In this document: piece by piece, positions 20,679 to 31,083 of the stretch
Position numbering within the stretch: position 1 is the first letter of the stretch
Layout of the letters: every line of letters begins with the position of its first letter
Assembly (NCBI GenBank): GCA_963836185.1
Contig: CAWIIQ010000001.1
Location: 1,376,001-1,440,000, forward strand
DNA from: Candidatus Krumholzibacteriia bacterium
GTDB taxonomy: Bacteria; Krumholzibacteriota; Krumholzibacteriia; Krumholzibacteriales; Krumholzibacteriaceae
DNA: 64,000 nucleotides
Reading direction: 5' to 3'
Notes under the pieces: generated by a model
Seen by the model: the letters and a program-made list of their open reading frames with translations, nothing else
What the model was told of the DNA's origin: nothing
Databases searched by the model: none
Position numbers and translations under genes: made by a program

Positions 20679-22031
20679 TTGCGGATACCCGATTCATTGA
20701 TGGTAAGCGTATCAGGAGTCAGGGGACTGCTCGGTGATGATATGAATCCCGAGGTCGCCGCCCGATTCGCCGCGGCCTATGCCGGTTGGCTCGGAGGGAA
20801 GCGCGTCGTGATCGGAAGGGATTCGCGAGCATCCGGCCCGGCGCTCGCAGGTGCCGCTTCAGCGGCCCTTCGCTTCCTCGGAATCGATGTCGTCGATGTC
20901 GGAATAGCTGCGACTCCGACTGTAGAGCTGATGGTCCGGCACCTCGGATGCGACGGAGGGATCATCATCACCGCAAGCCACAACGGCGAGGCGTGGAACG
21001 CTCTGAAGCTTCTCGACGGTCAGGGTGAATTCATCGATTCGGCAGCGGTGCTTCGCATAAGGGAACTCGTCGAGAGCGACAGCGGGCTTTACACACCCTC
21101 GGAGCGGTACGGTTCTTTCGAGGTATATGACGGGGCCGACCGCGATCATGTGGACAGGATACTTTCTCTCGATATCATCGAGCCGGACACTATCAGAAAA
21201 GCCGGCCTCAGGGCCGTTATCGATTGCGTGAACGGGGCCGGGAGCAGGATAGTCCCGCTCCTTCTCGATGAACTTGGTGTTGAGGTGACGGCTCTTTTCA
21301 CGGATGTCGATGCTCCATTTCCGCACGATCCAGAGCCTCGTCCGGCGAATCTCACAGAGCTCGCCAGGGCTGTAGCCGAGTCGGATGCCGACATCGGGTT
21401 TGCCTGCGATCCGGATGCCGACAGGCTCGTCCTCGTCGACGGTTCGGGAACGGTGCTCAGCGAGGAACTGACACTTTCTCTCGCCGCCGACTTCGTGCTC
21501 GGGACCGAGAAGGGACCTGTCGTCGTCAATCTCTCTACGACGAGGCGCATCGACGATGTCGCGGCGAAGCACGGGGTGCAGGCTTTCCGCTCGAAGGTCG
21601 GCGAGGCGAACGTGATAGAGGTGATGAAAGAGAAAGGCGCCGTGATAGGCGGAGAAGGTAACGGAGGGGTCATCTACCCGAGGGTCCATCGCGGAAGGGA
21701 TGCGATGACGGGGATCGCGCTGGTGCTTCAGCACGTCGCATCATCGGGGAACAACGTCGGCGAGCTCGCTGCAGATCTTCCCGGCTACAGCGTAGTCAAG
21801 GAGAAGATCTCATTCGCGGGATCGTTCGAGGGACTTTCCTCGAGGCTCAGAGATATATTCAAAGGGAATTATAACGACCTCGATGGTATAAGAATTGATA
21901 TGGACAATGGCTGGGTACATGTCAGAAGGTCCAACACAGAGCCCGTAGTGCGTATAATCGCAGAGGCTGAAACGCCGGAACTTGCCGAAGAGCTTGTCTC
22001 GAGGGCATCTGAGGCGGCAGCTTCGCTATGA
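20679..22031 (+). CDS. glmM: Phosphoglucosamine mutase (phosphohexomutase family)
   Basis: SVSGVRG, ITASHN, DPDADR, GGEGNG, RRSNTEP; adjacent to glmS. Confidence 0.8.
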   Translation: MRIPDSLMVSVSGVRGLLGDDMNPEVAARFAAAYAGWLGGKRVVIGRDSRASGPALAGAASAALRFLGIDVVDVGIAATPTVELMVRHLGCDGGIIITASHNGEAWNALKLLDGQGEFIDSAAVLRIRELVESDSGLYTPSERYGSFEVYDGADRDHVDRILSLDIIEPDTIRKAGLRAVIDCVNGAGSRIVPLLLDELGVEVTALFTDVDAPFPHDPEPRPANLTELARAVAESDADIGFACDPDADRLVLVDGSGTVLSEELTLSLAADFVLGTEKGPVVVNLSTTRRIDDVAAKHGVQAFRSKVGEANVIEVMKEKGAVIGGEGNGGVIYPRVHRGRDAMTGIALVLQHVASSGNNVGELAADLPGYSVVKEKISFAGSFEGLSSRLRDIFKGNYNDLDGIRIDMDNGWVHVRRSNTEPVVRIIAEAETPELAEELVSRASEAAASL

Positions 22032-22152
22032 GCGGATAAATGAAGTTAATAAGGAGCCGGTCGAAAACCGGTGTGAAAATACCCACGGTGGATAACAGGA
22101 CGCCGTATTTTTACCCTGCGGGCATCGACCCGCTGGATCAGGGGAGCTTGAA

Positions 22153-23985
22153 ATGTGCGGAATAGTCGGATATATCGGCAGAAGCAATAATGTGGGGGAT
22201 ATCCTGCTAGAGGGATTAAAGAGACTCGAATACAGGGGGTACGATTCGGCCGGGATCGCCATCGTCCGCGATGGAGCCCTGTTTACCGACAAGATGCCCG
22301 GTAAGATAAAGGAACTCGAGGAGGTACTGAAGGACAAGGATCTCTCGGGGAACCTTGGTATAGCACATACCAGGTGGGCGACTCATGGCGAACCTAACAG
22401 GATCAACGCACATCCTCATTACTCGGCCGACGGTAAGATCGCTCTCGTCCATAACGGGATCATCGAAAACTATCAGACACTGAAGAAGTCACTGCAGGCA
22501 GAGGGACGGGAGTTTGTCTCGGAAACCGATACAGAGGTGCTCGCTCACCTGATCGAGCGCTTCTACGATGGCGATGACCTCGAGTTCGCAGTCCAGAGAG
22601 CGCTTGAGGTAGTAGAGGGGACATACGGGATACTTGTCATATCAGCCTCCGAGCCGAATAAGATAGTTGCGGCAAGGAACGGTTCTCCCGTCGTGTTCGG
22701 GGTAGGTGACGACGAATACATAATCGCCAGTGATGTCGCAGCGCTTCTGAAGCATACACGCCAGGTGATCTATCTCGAGGACCAGCAGATGGTCGTTGCA
22801 ACGCCGAAACATTTTACGACGATGACGGTCCAGAACGAGTATGTCGAGCATCAGATCCAGGAGGTAGACTGGGACCTCGAGCAGATAGAGAAGGGCGGGT
22901 TCGATCACTTCATGCTGAAGGAGATCTTCGAGCAGCCTGAGACTATCCGCAACGCGATGAGGGGAAGACTGATCGCCGAGACGGGACACGCCAAGCTCGG
23001 CGGCCTCAACATGTCGGAGGAAGAACTGCGCGAAGTGAAGCGCATGGTCATCCTCGGCTGCGGGACGAGCTGGCACGCCGGCCTTCTCGGTGAGTACATG
23101 ATTGAGGAGAAGGTACGCATCCCCGTTGAGGTCGAGTACGCGAGTGAGTTCCGTTACCGCAATCCCGTTCTCGAGGATGGGACACTGGTTTTCGCGATAA
23201 GCCAGTCGGGTGAGACGGTCGATACGCTCGCCGCGCTTCGTGAGGCGAAGAACCGCGGTTCTCACTGCATGGGTATAGTCAATGTCGTCGGCAGCACGAT
23301 CGCCCGTGAATCGAACGCCGGAGTTTACATCCACGCCGGTCCGGAGATCGGTGTCGCGTCGACGAAGGCTTTTACGTCGCAGATCTCGGTCCTGGCGCTG
23401 CTCGCCCTGATGTTCGGGCGGCAGAGGAACCTCTCCCAGTCCGAAGGGCTGGATATGATAGCGGCCATGCATGCTCTGCCGGACCAGGTGTCGCAGATCC
23501 TCGAGGCGAACGACAAGATAAAGGACATATCGGAGAAGTATCACATGCACGATAATTTCCTGTACCTCGGACGCGGGCCGAACTACCCCGTCGCGCTCGA
23601 GGGGGCCCTTAAACTCAAGGAGATATCGTACGTGCACGCTGAAGGCTACCCCGCCGCCGAAATGAAGCACGGCCCGATCGCGCTTATAGACGAGAACATG
23701 CCAGTAGTGATCATCTGTCCGCGTGATGCCGCCTATCAAAAGATCGTCGGCAACATCAACGAGGTAAAAGCAAGGCACGGCAAGGTGATCGCGATCACGA
23801 CCGAGGGGAACGACGAGATCATCAAGATGGCCGACCATGTGATATTCATCCCGAAGACTCTCGATTTCCTCTATCCGATCCTCACTGTCATCCCGCTTCA
23901 GTTGATGGCATACCATATCGCGGTGCTGCGGGGCTGTCACGTCGATCAGCCGCGCAATCTCGCGAAGAGTGTTACAGTGGAATAG
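22153..23985 (+). CDS. glmS: Glutamine--fructose-6-phosphate aminotransferase
   Basis: MCGIVG, RLEYRGYDSAG, HTRWATHG, C-terminal PRNLAKSVTVE. Confidence 0.98.
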   Translation: MCGIVGYIGRSNNVGDILLEGLKRLEYRGYDSAGIAIVRDGALFTDKMPGKIKELEEVLKDKDLSGNLGIAHTRWATHGEPNRINAHPHYSADGKIALVHNGIIENYQTLKKSLQAEGREFVSETDTEVLAHLIERFYDGDDLEFAVQRALEVVEGTYGILVISASEPNKIVAARNGSPVVFGVGDDEYIIASDVAALLKHTRQVIYLEDQQMVVATPKHFTTMTVQNEYVEHQIQEVDWDLEQIEKGGFDHFMLKEIFEQPETIRNAMRGRLIAETGHAKLGGLNMSEEELREVKRMVILGCGTSWHAGLLGEYMIEEKVRIPVEVEYASEFRYRNPVLEDGTLVFAISQSGETVDTLAALREAKNRGSHCMGIVNVVGSTIARESNAGVYIHAGPEIGVASTKAFTSQISVLALLALMFGRQRNLSQSEGLDMIAAMHALPDQVSQILEANDKIKDISEKYHMHDNFLYLGRGPNYPVALEGALKLKEISYVHAEGYPAAEMKHGPIALIDENMPVVIICPRDAAYQKIVGNINEVKARHGKVIAITTEGNDEIIKMADHVIFIPKTLDFLYPILTVIPLQLMAYHIAVLRGCHVDQPRNLAKSVTVE

Positions 23986-24000
23986 AAGGGAGCTGATCCG

Positions 24001-24378
24001 ATGAAGCGGATCATCAGTACTGACAAAGCTCCTGCCGCCGTAGGCCCGTACAGCCAGGCGGTCAGGGCGGGCGACATACTCTTTATCTCGGGGCAGATCC
24101 CGATCGATCCAGCAACCGGCAAAATGGTCGAAGGACTCGAAGCGCAGGTCACGCAGGTCCTGGAGAACATCAAGGCGATAGTCGAGGAGGCCGGCGGGAG
24201 CATGGGCTCGATTGTAAAAGCGACAGTCCTTCTCAAGTCGATGGACGATTTCAAGGTTATGAACGGGATCTACGCTGGATATTTCGAGTCGGATCCTCCG
24301 GCCAGAGCGGCCTTCGAGGTCGGCGCTCTGCCGCTGGGAGCCATGGTCGAGATCGAGGCGATCGCCCTGCTCGATTGA
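24001..24378 (+). CDS. ridA: RidA/YjgF/UK114 enamine deaminase
   Basis: APAAVGPYSQA, SGQIP, PARAA, VEIEAIA. Confidence 0.93.
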   Translation: MKRIISTDKAPAAVGPYSQAVRAGDILFISGQIPIDPATGKMVEGLEAQVTQVLENIKAIVEEAGGSMGSIVKATVLLKSMDDFKVMNGIYAGYFESDPPARAAFEVGALPLGAMVEIEAIALLD

Positions 24379-24421
24379 GCTTCTTTACATTGCTCCGGTT
24401 TTTAACTATCGTTTGACGGGC

Positions 24422-24519
24422 GGGAATGGATGGGTTCTGGTGGGCCCCGAGGACTTCAAATCCTTATGCCGGGTGCTAAAACCATCCGGGGTGGGTTCGA
24501 TTCCCACACGTTCCCGCCA
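24422..24519 (+). tRNA. selC: tRNA-Sec (anticodon UCA)
   Basis: 98 nt; GGGAAUG../..CGUUCCC-G-CCA acceptor, GGGUUC-UGGU-GGGCCC D arm, GGA-CUUCAAA-UCC anticodon arm, long variable arm, GUGGG-UUCGAUU-CCCAC T arm. Confidence 0.93.
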
Positions 24520-24546
24520 TATTTCTGGTGCAACGGGGAGAACCGG

Positions 24547-25164
24547 TTGAGTCTTCGAAAACTTATAGTCCCGCTCGCTGTCCTGGCCGTGCTGGCCTCC
24601 GGGCAGGTGTGTGTTGCCGGGGAACCCATTCAGACAGACACTACATCCGTAGTAAACCCGGCAGAGCAGGACTGGTCGTCCGACCATATCAAGGAACTCC
24701 TCGCGCAGGAGACGGGCGAGCCGGATATAGAGGGCTCGACATGGAAGAGGAAGAAGAATCCGAGAACTGCGATGTTGTGCGCTCTAGCCTTCCCGGGACT
24801 GGGTCAGATATATAACGAGAGGCCGTTCAAGGCAGTCATCGCCCTCGGGTTGGAGACGTACTATATAATGAATATCGTTCACAACTACAGGATGGCGGAC
24901 GACTACCTCAAGGAGAGAGACAGTTACGACCAGTATGTTCCCTGCGGTGACACGCAGTGCCTCAATTATGACTGGAAAAACGCCAACGCCTGGTACGAGG
25001 AATACAAGGAGAAGACGATCGACTGGGTGTGGTGGACATCAGCTGTGATCCTCCTTGTAATGCTAGACGCATATGTCGACGCTCATCTGCATGATATGCG
25101 CTTCCGGGTCGAGACCGCCCGCACCGGAGGAGGGACAGGACTCGCCGTAGTAGTTGATTTCTAG
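24547..25164 (+). CDS. DUF5683-like membrane/exported protein
   Basis: TTG start after GGGGAG downstream of tRNA; signal peptide; KNPRTAML..FPGLGQIYN and DAYVDAHL motifs. Confidence 0.7.
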   Translation: MSLRKLIVPLAVLAVLASGQVCVAGEPIQTDTTSVVNPAEQDWSSDHIKELLAQETGEPDIEGSTWKRKKNPRTAMLCALAFPGLGQIYNERPFKAVIALGLETYYIMNIVHNYRMADDYLKERDSYDQYVPCGDTQCLNYDWKNANAWYEEYKEKTIDWVWWTSAVILLVMLDAYVDAHLHDMRFRVETARTGGGTGLAVVVDF

Positions 25165-25245
25165 ATATGGATGATGCATTATGTCCCGTGGCCCGCGATG
25201 GGCCCGGATCGTATATAACCAGGGAATGACCTACCGGAGGACCGG

Positions 25246-25875
25246 ATGTCAGAGAAGAACAATGGCAAAGCAAAGAAGAAGGAAGCTCAGCCTAAATCGA
25301 AGTTTCGTGAGTATGTCGAGATAGTCGTCACCGCGGTCGTTCTGGCGCTCATAGTCCGGGCGCTTATTGTACAGAGCTACCATATTCCGTCCGAGTCGAT
25401 GGAAGATACGCTCCTGAAAGGTGATTTCCTGTTTGCCTCAAAGTTCATATACGGAGCCAAAGTCCCGATGACTGACTACAGGCTTCCCGCTTTCACCGAT
25501 CCGAAACAGGGCGACATCATCATTTTCAAGTATCCCAGGGATGGAAAGACCGACTACATCAAGCGGTGCGTCGCTGTCGAGGGACAGACCGTTGAGGTCC
25601 GGGGCAAGGTCCTGAAGATCGATGGCGTGGTAATGGACGAAAGCTATATCAAGCACATCCGGGGCGGCAGGGTGCTGAGTAACTACGGGCCAAGGACCGT
25701 TCCTAAGGGGCATCTCTTTGTTATGGGGGATAACAGGGATAACAGCTCCGACTCGCGGGAATGGGGCATGCTTGACAGAAAATATGTCATGGGAAAGGCA
25801 CTCTTCATATATTTCTCGGTCCAGAAGAAATGGCCATGGGTGCGGGTCACGAGGATCGGCGATATAATCAGGTGA
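25246..25875 (+). CDS. lepB: Signal peptidase I
   Basis: IPSESMEDTL, YIKRCV, GDNRDNSSDSR. Confidence 0.95.
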   Translation: MSEKNNGKAKKKEAQPKSKFREYVEIVVTAVVLALIVRALIVQSYHIPSESMEDTLLKGDFLFASKFIYGAKVPMTDYRLPAFTDPKQGDIIIFKYPRDGKTDYIKRCVAVEGQTVEVRGKVLKIDGVVMDESYIKHIRGGRVLSNYGPRTVPKGHLFVMGDNRDNSSDSREWGMLDRKYVMGKALFIYFSVQKKWPWVRVTRIGDIIR

Positions 25876-26040
25876 TCAACGGCCTCCACGGGCAATCCTG
25901 ACAATAATCAAGAGTTATTACTGACCGGGGCATCATATTTGCAACTTTCACTGTCGAAGGTTGCGGAACGCCCGGACAATCCATTTCAGGGACGTACCTG
26001 GAGGGTAGCGAAATGCATGAATATCAAGTGTTTAGCATCC

Positions 26041-26069
26041 TTGACAATAAGGTGGCCAGGCCCTAGATT
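26041..26069 (+). promoter_or_regulatory. Sigma70-type promoter of hrcA operon
   Basis: TTGACA-17 nt-TAGATT. Confidence 0.7.
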
Positions 26070-26080
26070 AGTGCAAATGG

Positions 26081-26107
26081 TTAGCAGTCCTGCATGGAGA
26101 GTGCCAG
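26081..26107 (+). promoter_or_regulatory. CIRCE operator
   Basis: TTAGCAGTC-N9-GAGTGCCAG vs consensus TTAGCACTC-N9-GAGTGCTAA, immediately before hrcA ATG. Confidence 0.88.
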
Positions 26108-26109
26108 AA

Positions 26110-27132
26110 ATGACGGCCGCAAATGACGTAAGTACAGTAGAATCAGGGATATTGCGCAGCGTTGTGGATCTCTACATCGAGACGGGGAAGCCGGTCAGCT
26201 CGAAGATGCTGAAGAAAAGATACCGACTTCAGTCCAGCTCGGCAAATATCCGTGCGATATTGCACCGCCTGGAGTCCCGCGGTCTTCTTTACAAGCCTCA
26301 TGTTTCAGCGGGCCGCGTGCCGAGCGACTCGGGGTACCGCCTCTATGTCGATGAGATCGGAAGGATCGGCCGGCCGGAGAGGCGCGTGATCGATCAGCTC
26401 AAGTCGAGGATGGGGCGCGAACGCGGAGATATCCGGGAGGTGATGACGACCACGTCGAGGCTGATCAGCGAACTGACCAGCTGCGTTGGCCTGATGGTCG
26501 GGGTCTTCGGTCCCGGAGGCAGGGTCGGAAGGCTCGAGATGATACAGCGCGAAGGGAGCCGGGCGCTCGTCATACTGCGTACCGAGGATGGCAGGGAGAG
26601 GATGGCCGAGGTCGAGATGGACCGCAGGTACATGCCGCGGATCGTCGACCGGGGCATCCAGATAATAAACGAGAGAATAACAGGCTGCCCACTCGATGAG
26701 GCAGCAGCCCGCCTCGCCGGATGCGCGAGGGAACTCACAGGCGCTGACAGGGAGATAGCCGGAGTCGTGGCCGGAGAATCGGATTACCTCTTTGGGGGTA
26801 CGTACGACCTGGAGTATTATCTGAGAAGGACACAAAGCACGGAAGAAATACCGGAGATGCAGGATCCGCGCATACTGCGCTCGCTCGTCACTCTCATGGG
26901 AGAGAAGAGCCTGATGCTGCGGGTGATGAAGAACCGCTTCGGACGCGGTGTGATAGTGACGATCGGGGAAGAGAATGAGATCGAGGAATTGAAAGACTTC
27001 TCGGTCGTGACGAGAGCCATTCCAGCCGGAAGATGCGAGGGGCTGCTCGGAGTGCTGGGGCCGACGAGGATGAGTTACAGATCAGTCATGGCTCTGCTCG
27101 ACGGGATGGCCCGGGAACTGATAGAGCTTTGA
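26110..27132 (+). CDS. hrcA: Heat-inducible transcription repressor HrcA
   Basis: YIETGKPVSS, PHVSAGRVPSDSGYRLYVD, IGEEN, GVLGPTRMSY; start after CIRCE. Confidence 0.92.
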   Translation: MTAANDVSTVESGILRSVVDLYIETGKPVSSKMLKKRYRLQSSSANIRAILHRLESRGLLYKPHVSAGRVPSDSGYRLYVDEIGRIGRPERRVIDQLKSRMGRERGDIREVMTTTSRLISELTSCVGLMVGVFGPGGRVGRLEMIQREGSRALVILRTEDGRERMAEVEMDRRYMPRIVDRGIQIINERITGCPLDEAAARLAGCARELTGADREIAGVVAGESDYLFGGTYDLEYYLRRTQSTEEIPEMQDPRILRSLVTLMGEKSLMLRVMKNRFGRGVIVTIGEENEIEELKDFSVVTRAIPAGRCEGLLGVLGPTRMSYRSVMALLDGMARELIEL

Positions 27133-27196
27133 CCGATAAGAAGAGAAAGATTAAATCGCAAGAGGGGATAGAATTGAACAACGGAAGGAATATCCC

Positions 27197-28012
27197 TTGA
27201 CCAGCGAAGGCGAAAAGACCGGAAATCCTGAATCCACCCGAGAGGTGGATCTGGAATCCACCCGAGAGGCGGATCTGAAATCCACCCACAAGGTTGAGAT
27301 AAAGGACGCTGTGGACCCCGATGATATCGAGATCCTGCACGACGACGTCTATGATGTGGCGGAGGAGGAGGCAGGAGCGGCGGAGTCTGCGGGCAAGGTT
27401 GTTCCGGAATGGCTGAAGAAGCTGGATGCCGGACAGGGGGCAGATCCGGAGAAGAAACAGGAAAGTAATGCTGCTGGCAAGAAAACGCACAAAAAGACGA
27501 CAAAGGCCGATATGCTCGAACATCTCTCCCGGAAGAACGAGATGCTTCAGAAGCTCCGTGAGAGGCTTGTTGAGACGGAAAAAGTTGTTGAAATAAAAGA
27601 AGATAGGTTGATGCGACTGGCGGCGGAGTTCGAAAACTACAAGAAGAGGACCAGTCGGGAATGGGATTTGCTTAAAAATCAGGCGAATGCCGGACTTCTG
27701 ACGGAAGTCCTCAGCGTTCTTGACGACCTTGACAGGGCGTTTGAGCATTCAGGGGATTCGATAGAACATTTCAGGGATGGTATCGCGCTTATACATTCAT
27801 CCCTTATCGATATGCTCAAGCGTAACGGGCTCAGGGAGATCGAGTCGGCAGGCAAGCCGTTCGATCCCCAGTTTCATGAGGCGGTAGCCGAAGTGAACAG
27901 CGAAAATATCGAGCCGGGGTTCGTCGCTGAAGTGATTACTAAAGGATACCTGTTGAATGACCAGGTGATCAGGCCGGCCAAAGTCGTTGTCTCGAAGGGC
28001 AGCGGTGAATAG
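27197..28012 (+). CDS. grpE: Nucleotide exchange factor GrpE with long N-terminal extension
   Basis: RLAAEFENYKKR, FDPQFHEAV, KGYLL..VIRPAKVVV. Confidence 0.93.
   Translation: MTSEGEKTGNPESTREVDLESTREADLKSTHKVEIKDAVDPDDIEILHDDVYDVAEEEAGAAESAGKVVPEWLKKLDAGQGADPEKKQESNAAGKKTHKKTTKADMLEHLSRKNEMLQKLRERLVETEKVVEIKEDRLMRLAAEFENYKKRTSREWDLLKNQANAGLLTEVLSVLDDLDRAFEHSGDSIEHFRDGIALIHSSLIDMLKRNGLREIESAGKPFDPQFHEAVAEVNSENIEPGFVAEVITKGYLLNDQVIRPAKVVVSKGSGE
27230..27300 (+). repeat. 24-bp tandem repeat (two near-perfect copies plus one degenerate), each unit palindromic
   Basis: GAATCCACCCGAGAGGTGGATCTG / GAATCCACCCGAGAGGCGGATCTG / AAATCCACCCACAAGGTTGAGAT. Confidence 0.85.
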
Positions 28013-28044
28013 GAACCTGACACCACCGGAAAGAGGACAAAAAC

Positions 28045-29877
28045 ATGGGTAAGGTAATTGGCATCGATCTCGGAACGACAAACTCGTGCGTCGCTGTAAT
28101 CGAGGGAAACGAGCCGGTGATCATTCCTAACACAGAGGGTGGAAGGACCACGCCATCGGTCATCGCTCTGGCGAAGAACAACGAGAGACTCGTCGGACAG
28201 CTGGCGAAACGGCAGCAGGTGACCAATCCCGACAATACGATATACAGCATCAAGCGTTTCATCGGCCGAAGGTTCTCAGAGGCAGAGGAAGAGATAAATC
28301 AGGTGTCCTACTCGATAAAAAGCGGCAAAAGCGACGAGATACTCGTCGAGCTGAAGGACCGCAGTTATCGTACTCAGGAGATATCGGCGATGATGCTCAG
28401 GGCGATCAAGACATTCGCCGAGGAATATCTCGGTGAAGAGATCACGGAAGCTGTCATCACTGTTCCGGCCTATTTCAACGACGGCCAGCGTCAGGCGACG
28501 AAGGACGCGGGCAAGATCGCGGGGCTCGAAGTGAAGAGGATCGTAAATGAGCCTACGGCGGCCGCTCTGGCCTACGGGCTCGACAAGGAAAAGAAGGGCA
28601 AGATCGCCATATACGATCTCGGCGGGGGCACATTCGACATCTCGATCCTCGAGCTGAGCGAGGGCGTGTACCAGGTCAAGTCGACCAATGGCGATACGAT
28701 GCTCGGCGGCGACGACCTGGACAGGGTCATCGTCGACTTCATCGTGGCCAACTTCAAGGAGACCGACGGAGTGGACCTGGCCGAAGACAAGATGGCGATG
28801 CAGAGGATCAGGGAAGCGGCGGAGAAGGCGAAGTGCGAGCTCAGCTCCGTCCACGAGACGAATATCAACCTTCCCTTTGTCTGTGCCGATGAGGCGGGCC
28901 CGAAACATCTCGATATGGTCCTTACGCGGGCAGAGATGGAGAAGCTGATACATCCCCTCGTGCAGAGGACCCTCGAACCCTGCAAGCAGGCCCTCGAGGA
29001 TGCTCAGCTGAAGGTGGATGATATCGATGAAGTCATCCTGGTCGGAGGCTCGACGAGGATCCCCGCCGTGAAAAAGTTCGTGAAGGACTTCTTCCGCAAG
29101 GATCCCCACAAGGGCGTAAATCCCGACGAGGTAGTCTCGATGGGCGCCGCCATACAGGGCGGAGTCCTCTCAGGCGACGTAGATGAGATACTGCTGCTCG
29201 ATGTCACTCCGCTCAGTCTCGGGATCGAGACTCTCGGCGGGATGATGACGACTCTGATATACCGTAATACGACGATACCGTGCAAACAGGGCCAGGTATT
29301 CTCCACCGCTACAGACAACCAGCCCGCCGTGAGCATTCACGTTCTCCAGGGAGAGCGCGAGATGGCCGCAGACAACAGGACTCTGGCGAGGTTCGACCTG
29401 GTCGGTCTTCCTCCCGCTCCGCGCGGGGTCGTCCAGATCGAGGTCACATTTGACATCGACGCTGACGGCATCATGCATGTTTCGGCCAAGGACCTCGGCA
29501 CGGGTAAGGAGCAGAAGATCCAGATCAAGGTTGCGAGCGGCCTCTCTGAGGATGACGTCGAGATGATGGTAAAGGATGCCGAGGAGCACGCTATGGAGGA
29601 CGAGCAGAAGAGAAGGGTCGCCAGGGTCCGCAACGAGGCGGAGATCCTTATCTACTCGACCGAGAAGACTCTGGAGGAGCATCTCGACATGATCCCCGAG
29701 GACGACAGGGTCGTCATCGAGGGATCGCTTCACGATCTCAAGGAGCTTGTCAGGAGCGAGGACAGCGAACCCGAGGATATCCGCAGATCGGCGGAGAATC
29801 TCTCAACAGCTGTATACAAGATCGCGGAGCTGATGTATCATCACGCGAGCACCGACGACGAGACGATCGGTAGCTGA
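28045..29877 (+). CDS. dnaK: Chaperone DnaK
   Basis: [36 protein letters not shown]. Confidence 0.98.
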   Translation: MGKVIGIDLGTTNSCVAVIEGNEPVIIPNTEGGRTTPSVIALAKNNERLVGQLAKRQQVTNPDNTIYSIKRFIGRRFSEAEEEINQVSYSIKSGKSDEILVELKDRSYRTQEISAMMLRAIKTFAEEYLGEEITEAVITVPAYFNDGQRQATKDAGKIAGLEVKRIVNEPTAAALAYGLDKEKKGKIAIYDLGGGTFDISILELSEGVYQVKSTNGDTMLGGDDLDRVIVDFIVANFKETDGVDLAEDKMAMQRIREAAEKAKCELSSVHETNINLPFVCADEAGPKHLDMVLTRAEMEKLIHPLVQRTLEPCKQALEDAQLKVDDIDEVILVGGSTRIPAVKKFVKDFFRKDPHKGVNPDEVVSMGAAIQGGVLSGDVDEILLLDVTPLSLGIETLGGMMTTLIYRNTTIPCKQGQVFSTATDNQPAVSIHVLQGEREMAADNRTLARFDLVGLPPAPRGVVQIEVTFDIDADGIMHVSAKDLGTGKEQKIQIKVASGLSEDDVEMMVKDAEEHAMEDEQKRRVARVRNEAEILIYSTEKTLEEHLDMIPEDDRVVIEGSLHDLKELVRSEDSEPEDIRRSAENLSTAVYKIAELMYHHASTDDETIGS

Positions 29878-29933
29878 AAAAATCTGATATCTCAATAACC
29901 GGCGTATAGATATTTCAAGCGACCGGATGGGGC

Positions 29934-31082
29934 ATGACAAAAAGGGACTACTACGAGGTGCTCGGCGTTGAGCGGGGCGTCTCGGTCGATGATATAAAGA
30001 AGGCTTACCGCAAGCTCGCTCTCAAGTATCATCCCGACAAGAATCCAGGCGACCACGAGGCCGAGGAGAAGTTCAAGGAAGCCACAGAGGCCTACGAGGT
30101 TCTCCGCGACCAGGAGAAGAGGGCGCAGTACGACCAGTTCGGCCATGCCGGGATGACCGGCGCGGGCGGCGGAGGCGGCTTCGACTTCAGCGGCGGCTTC
30201 GATCTGAGCGATGCCCTCCGGGCGTTCATGCGCGATTTCGGGATGGGAGGCGGTGGAGGCGGATTTGATTTCTTCGGCGGCTCAGCGGGAGGCGGAAGAC
30301 GGGGCGGCGCGAGGATGAGAGGCAGGGACCTTCAGATACATCTCAAGCTCACACTCAAGGAAGTATCCCGCGAGACGGTCAAGAAGATCAAGGTCACAAG
30401 GATGGTCCAGTGCCAGGAGTGCGGCGGCTCGGGCACGGCGAAGGGCTCCGACCGCAAGACCTGTCCGACCTGCCAGGGGCAGGGGGAAGTCCGCCAGGCC
30501 TCCAGATCGCTCTTCGGCACCTTCGTCAACGTCTCTGCCTGCTCGACCTGCGGCGGAGAAGGCACGATTGTTACCGATCCATGCGGCAAGTGCAGCGGAG
30601 ACGGAAGGGTCAAGGGGACGAGCAGCGTAGAGGTCAAGATCCCAGCCGGCGTTTCGACGGGCAATTATATAACGCTGGCCGGCCAGGGGGACTCGGCCCC
30701 GAGGGGCGGGATCCCCGGCGACCTGATAATTGTAATCGAGGAGATAGAGAACGAGATATTCGAGAGGCATGGATTTGATATCCTGCTCGATCTTCCTGTC
30801 ACATTCAGCCAGCTGACCCTCGGGGACAAGGTGGAGATCCCCACTATCGAAGGCAAAGCGGCGCTGAAGATCCCGGCAGGCACCCATTCTCACAAGATAT
30901 TCCGGCTCAACGGCAAGGGGATACCGAGGCTGCACGGCCATGGCAGGGGAGACCAGCTCGTCAGGCTGATAGCGTGGACGCCGCAGAAGGTGTCGGCCGA
31001 TGAGAAGAAAGTCTTCGAGGATCTCGACGTCAAGCTGAAAGACAGCCTTCCCCCCGCGGGCAGGAAGGTCTACACTTCCTGA
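29934..31082 (+). CDS. dnaJ: Chaperone DnaJ
   Basis: HPD J-domain, G/F region, four CxxCxGxG repeats. Confidence 0.98.
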   Translation: MTKRDYYEVLGVERGVSVDDIKKAYRKLALKYHPDKNPGDHEAEEKFKEATEAYEVLRDQEKRAQYDQFGHAGMTGAGGGGGFDFSGGFDLSDALRAFMRDFGMGGGGGGFDFFGGSAGGGRRGGARMRGRDLQIHLKLTLKEVSRETVKKIKVTRMVQCQECGGSGTAKGSDRKTCPTCQGQGEVRQASRSLFGTFVNVSACSTCGGEGTIVTDPCGKCSGDGRVKGTSSVEVKIPAGVSTGNYITLAGQGDSAPRGGIPGDLIIVIEEIENEIFERHGFDILLDLPVTFSQLTLGDKVEIPTIEGKAALKIPAGTHSHKIFRLNGKGIPRLHGHGRGDQLVRLIAWTPQKVSADEKKVFEDLDVKLKDSLPPAGRKVYTS

Positions 31083-31083
31083 T

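Noticed and set aside
22032-22152. Possible glmS ribozyme upstream of glmS
   Set aside because: Only small hairpins; the conserved AGCGCC cleavage site and GACGAGG core are absent
27230-27300. Palindromic repeat as a mini-CRISPR array
   Set aside because: Units are contiguous with no spacers, in frame within grpE, and there are no cas genes
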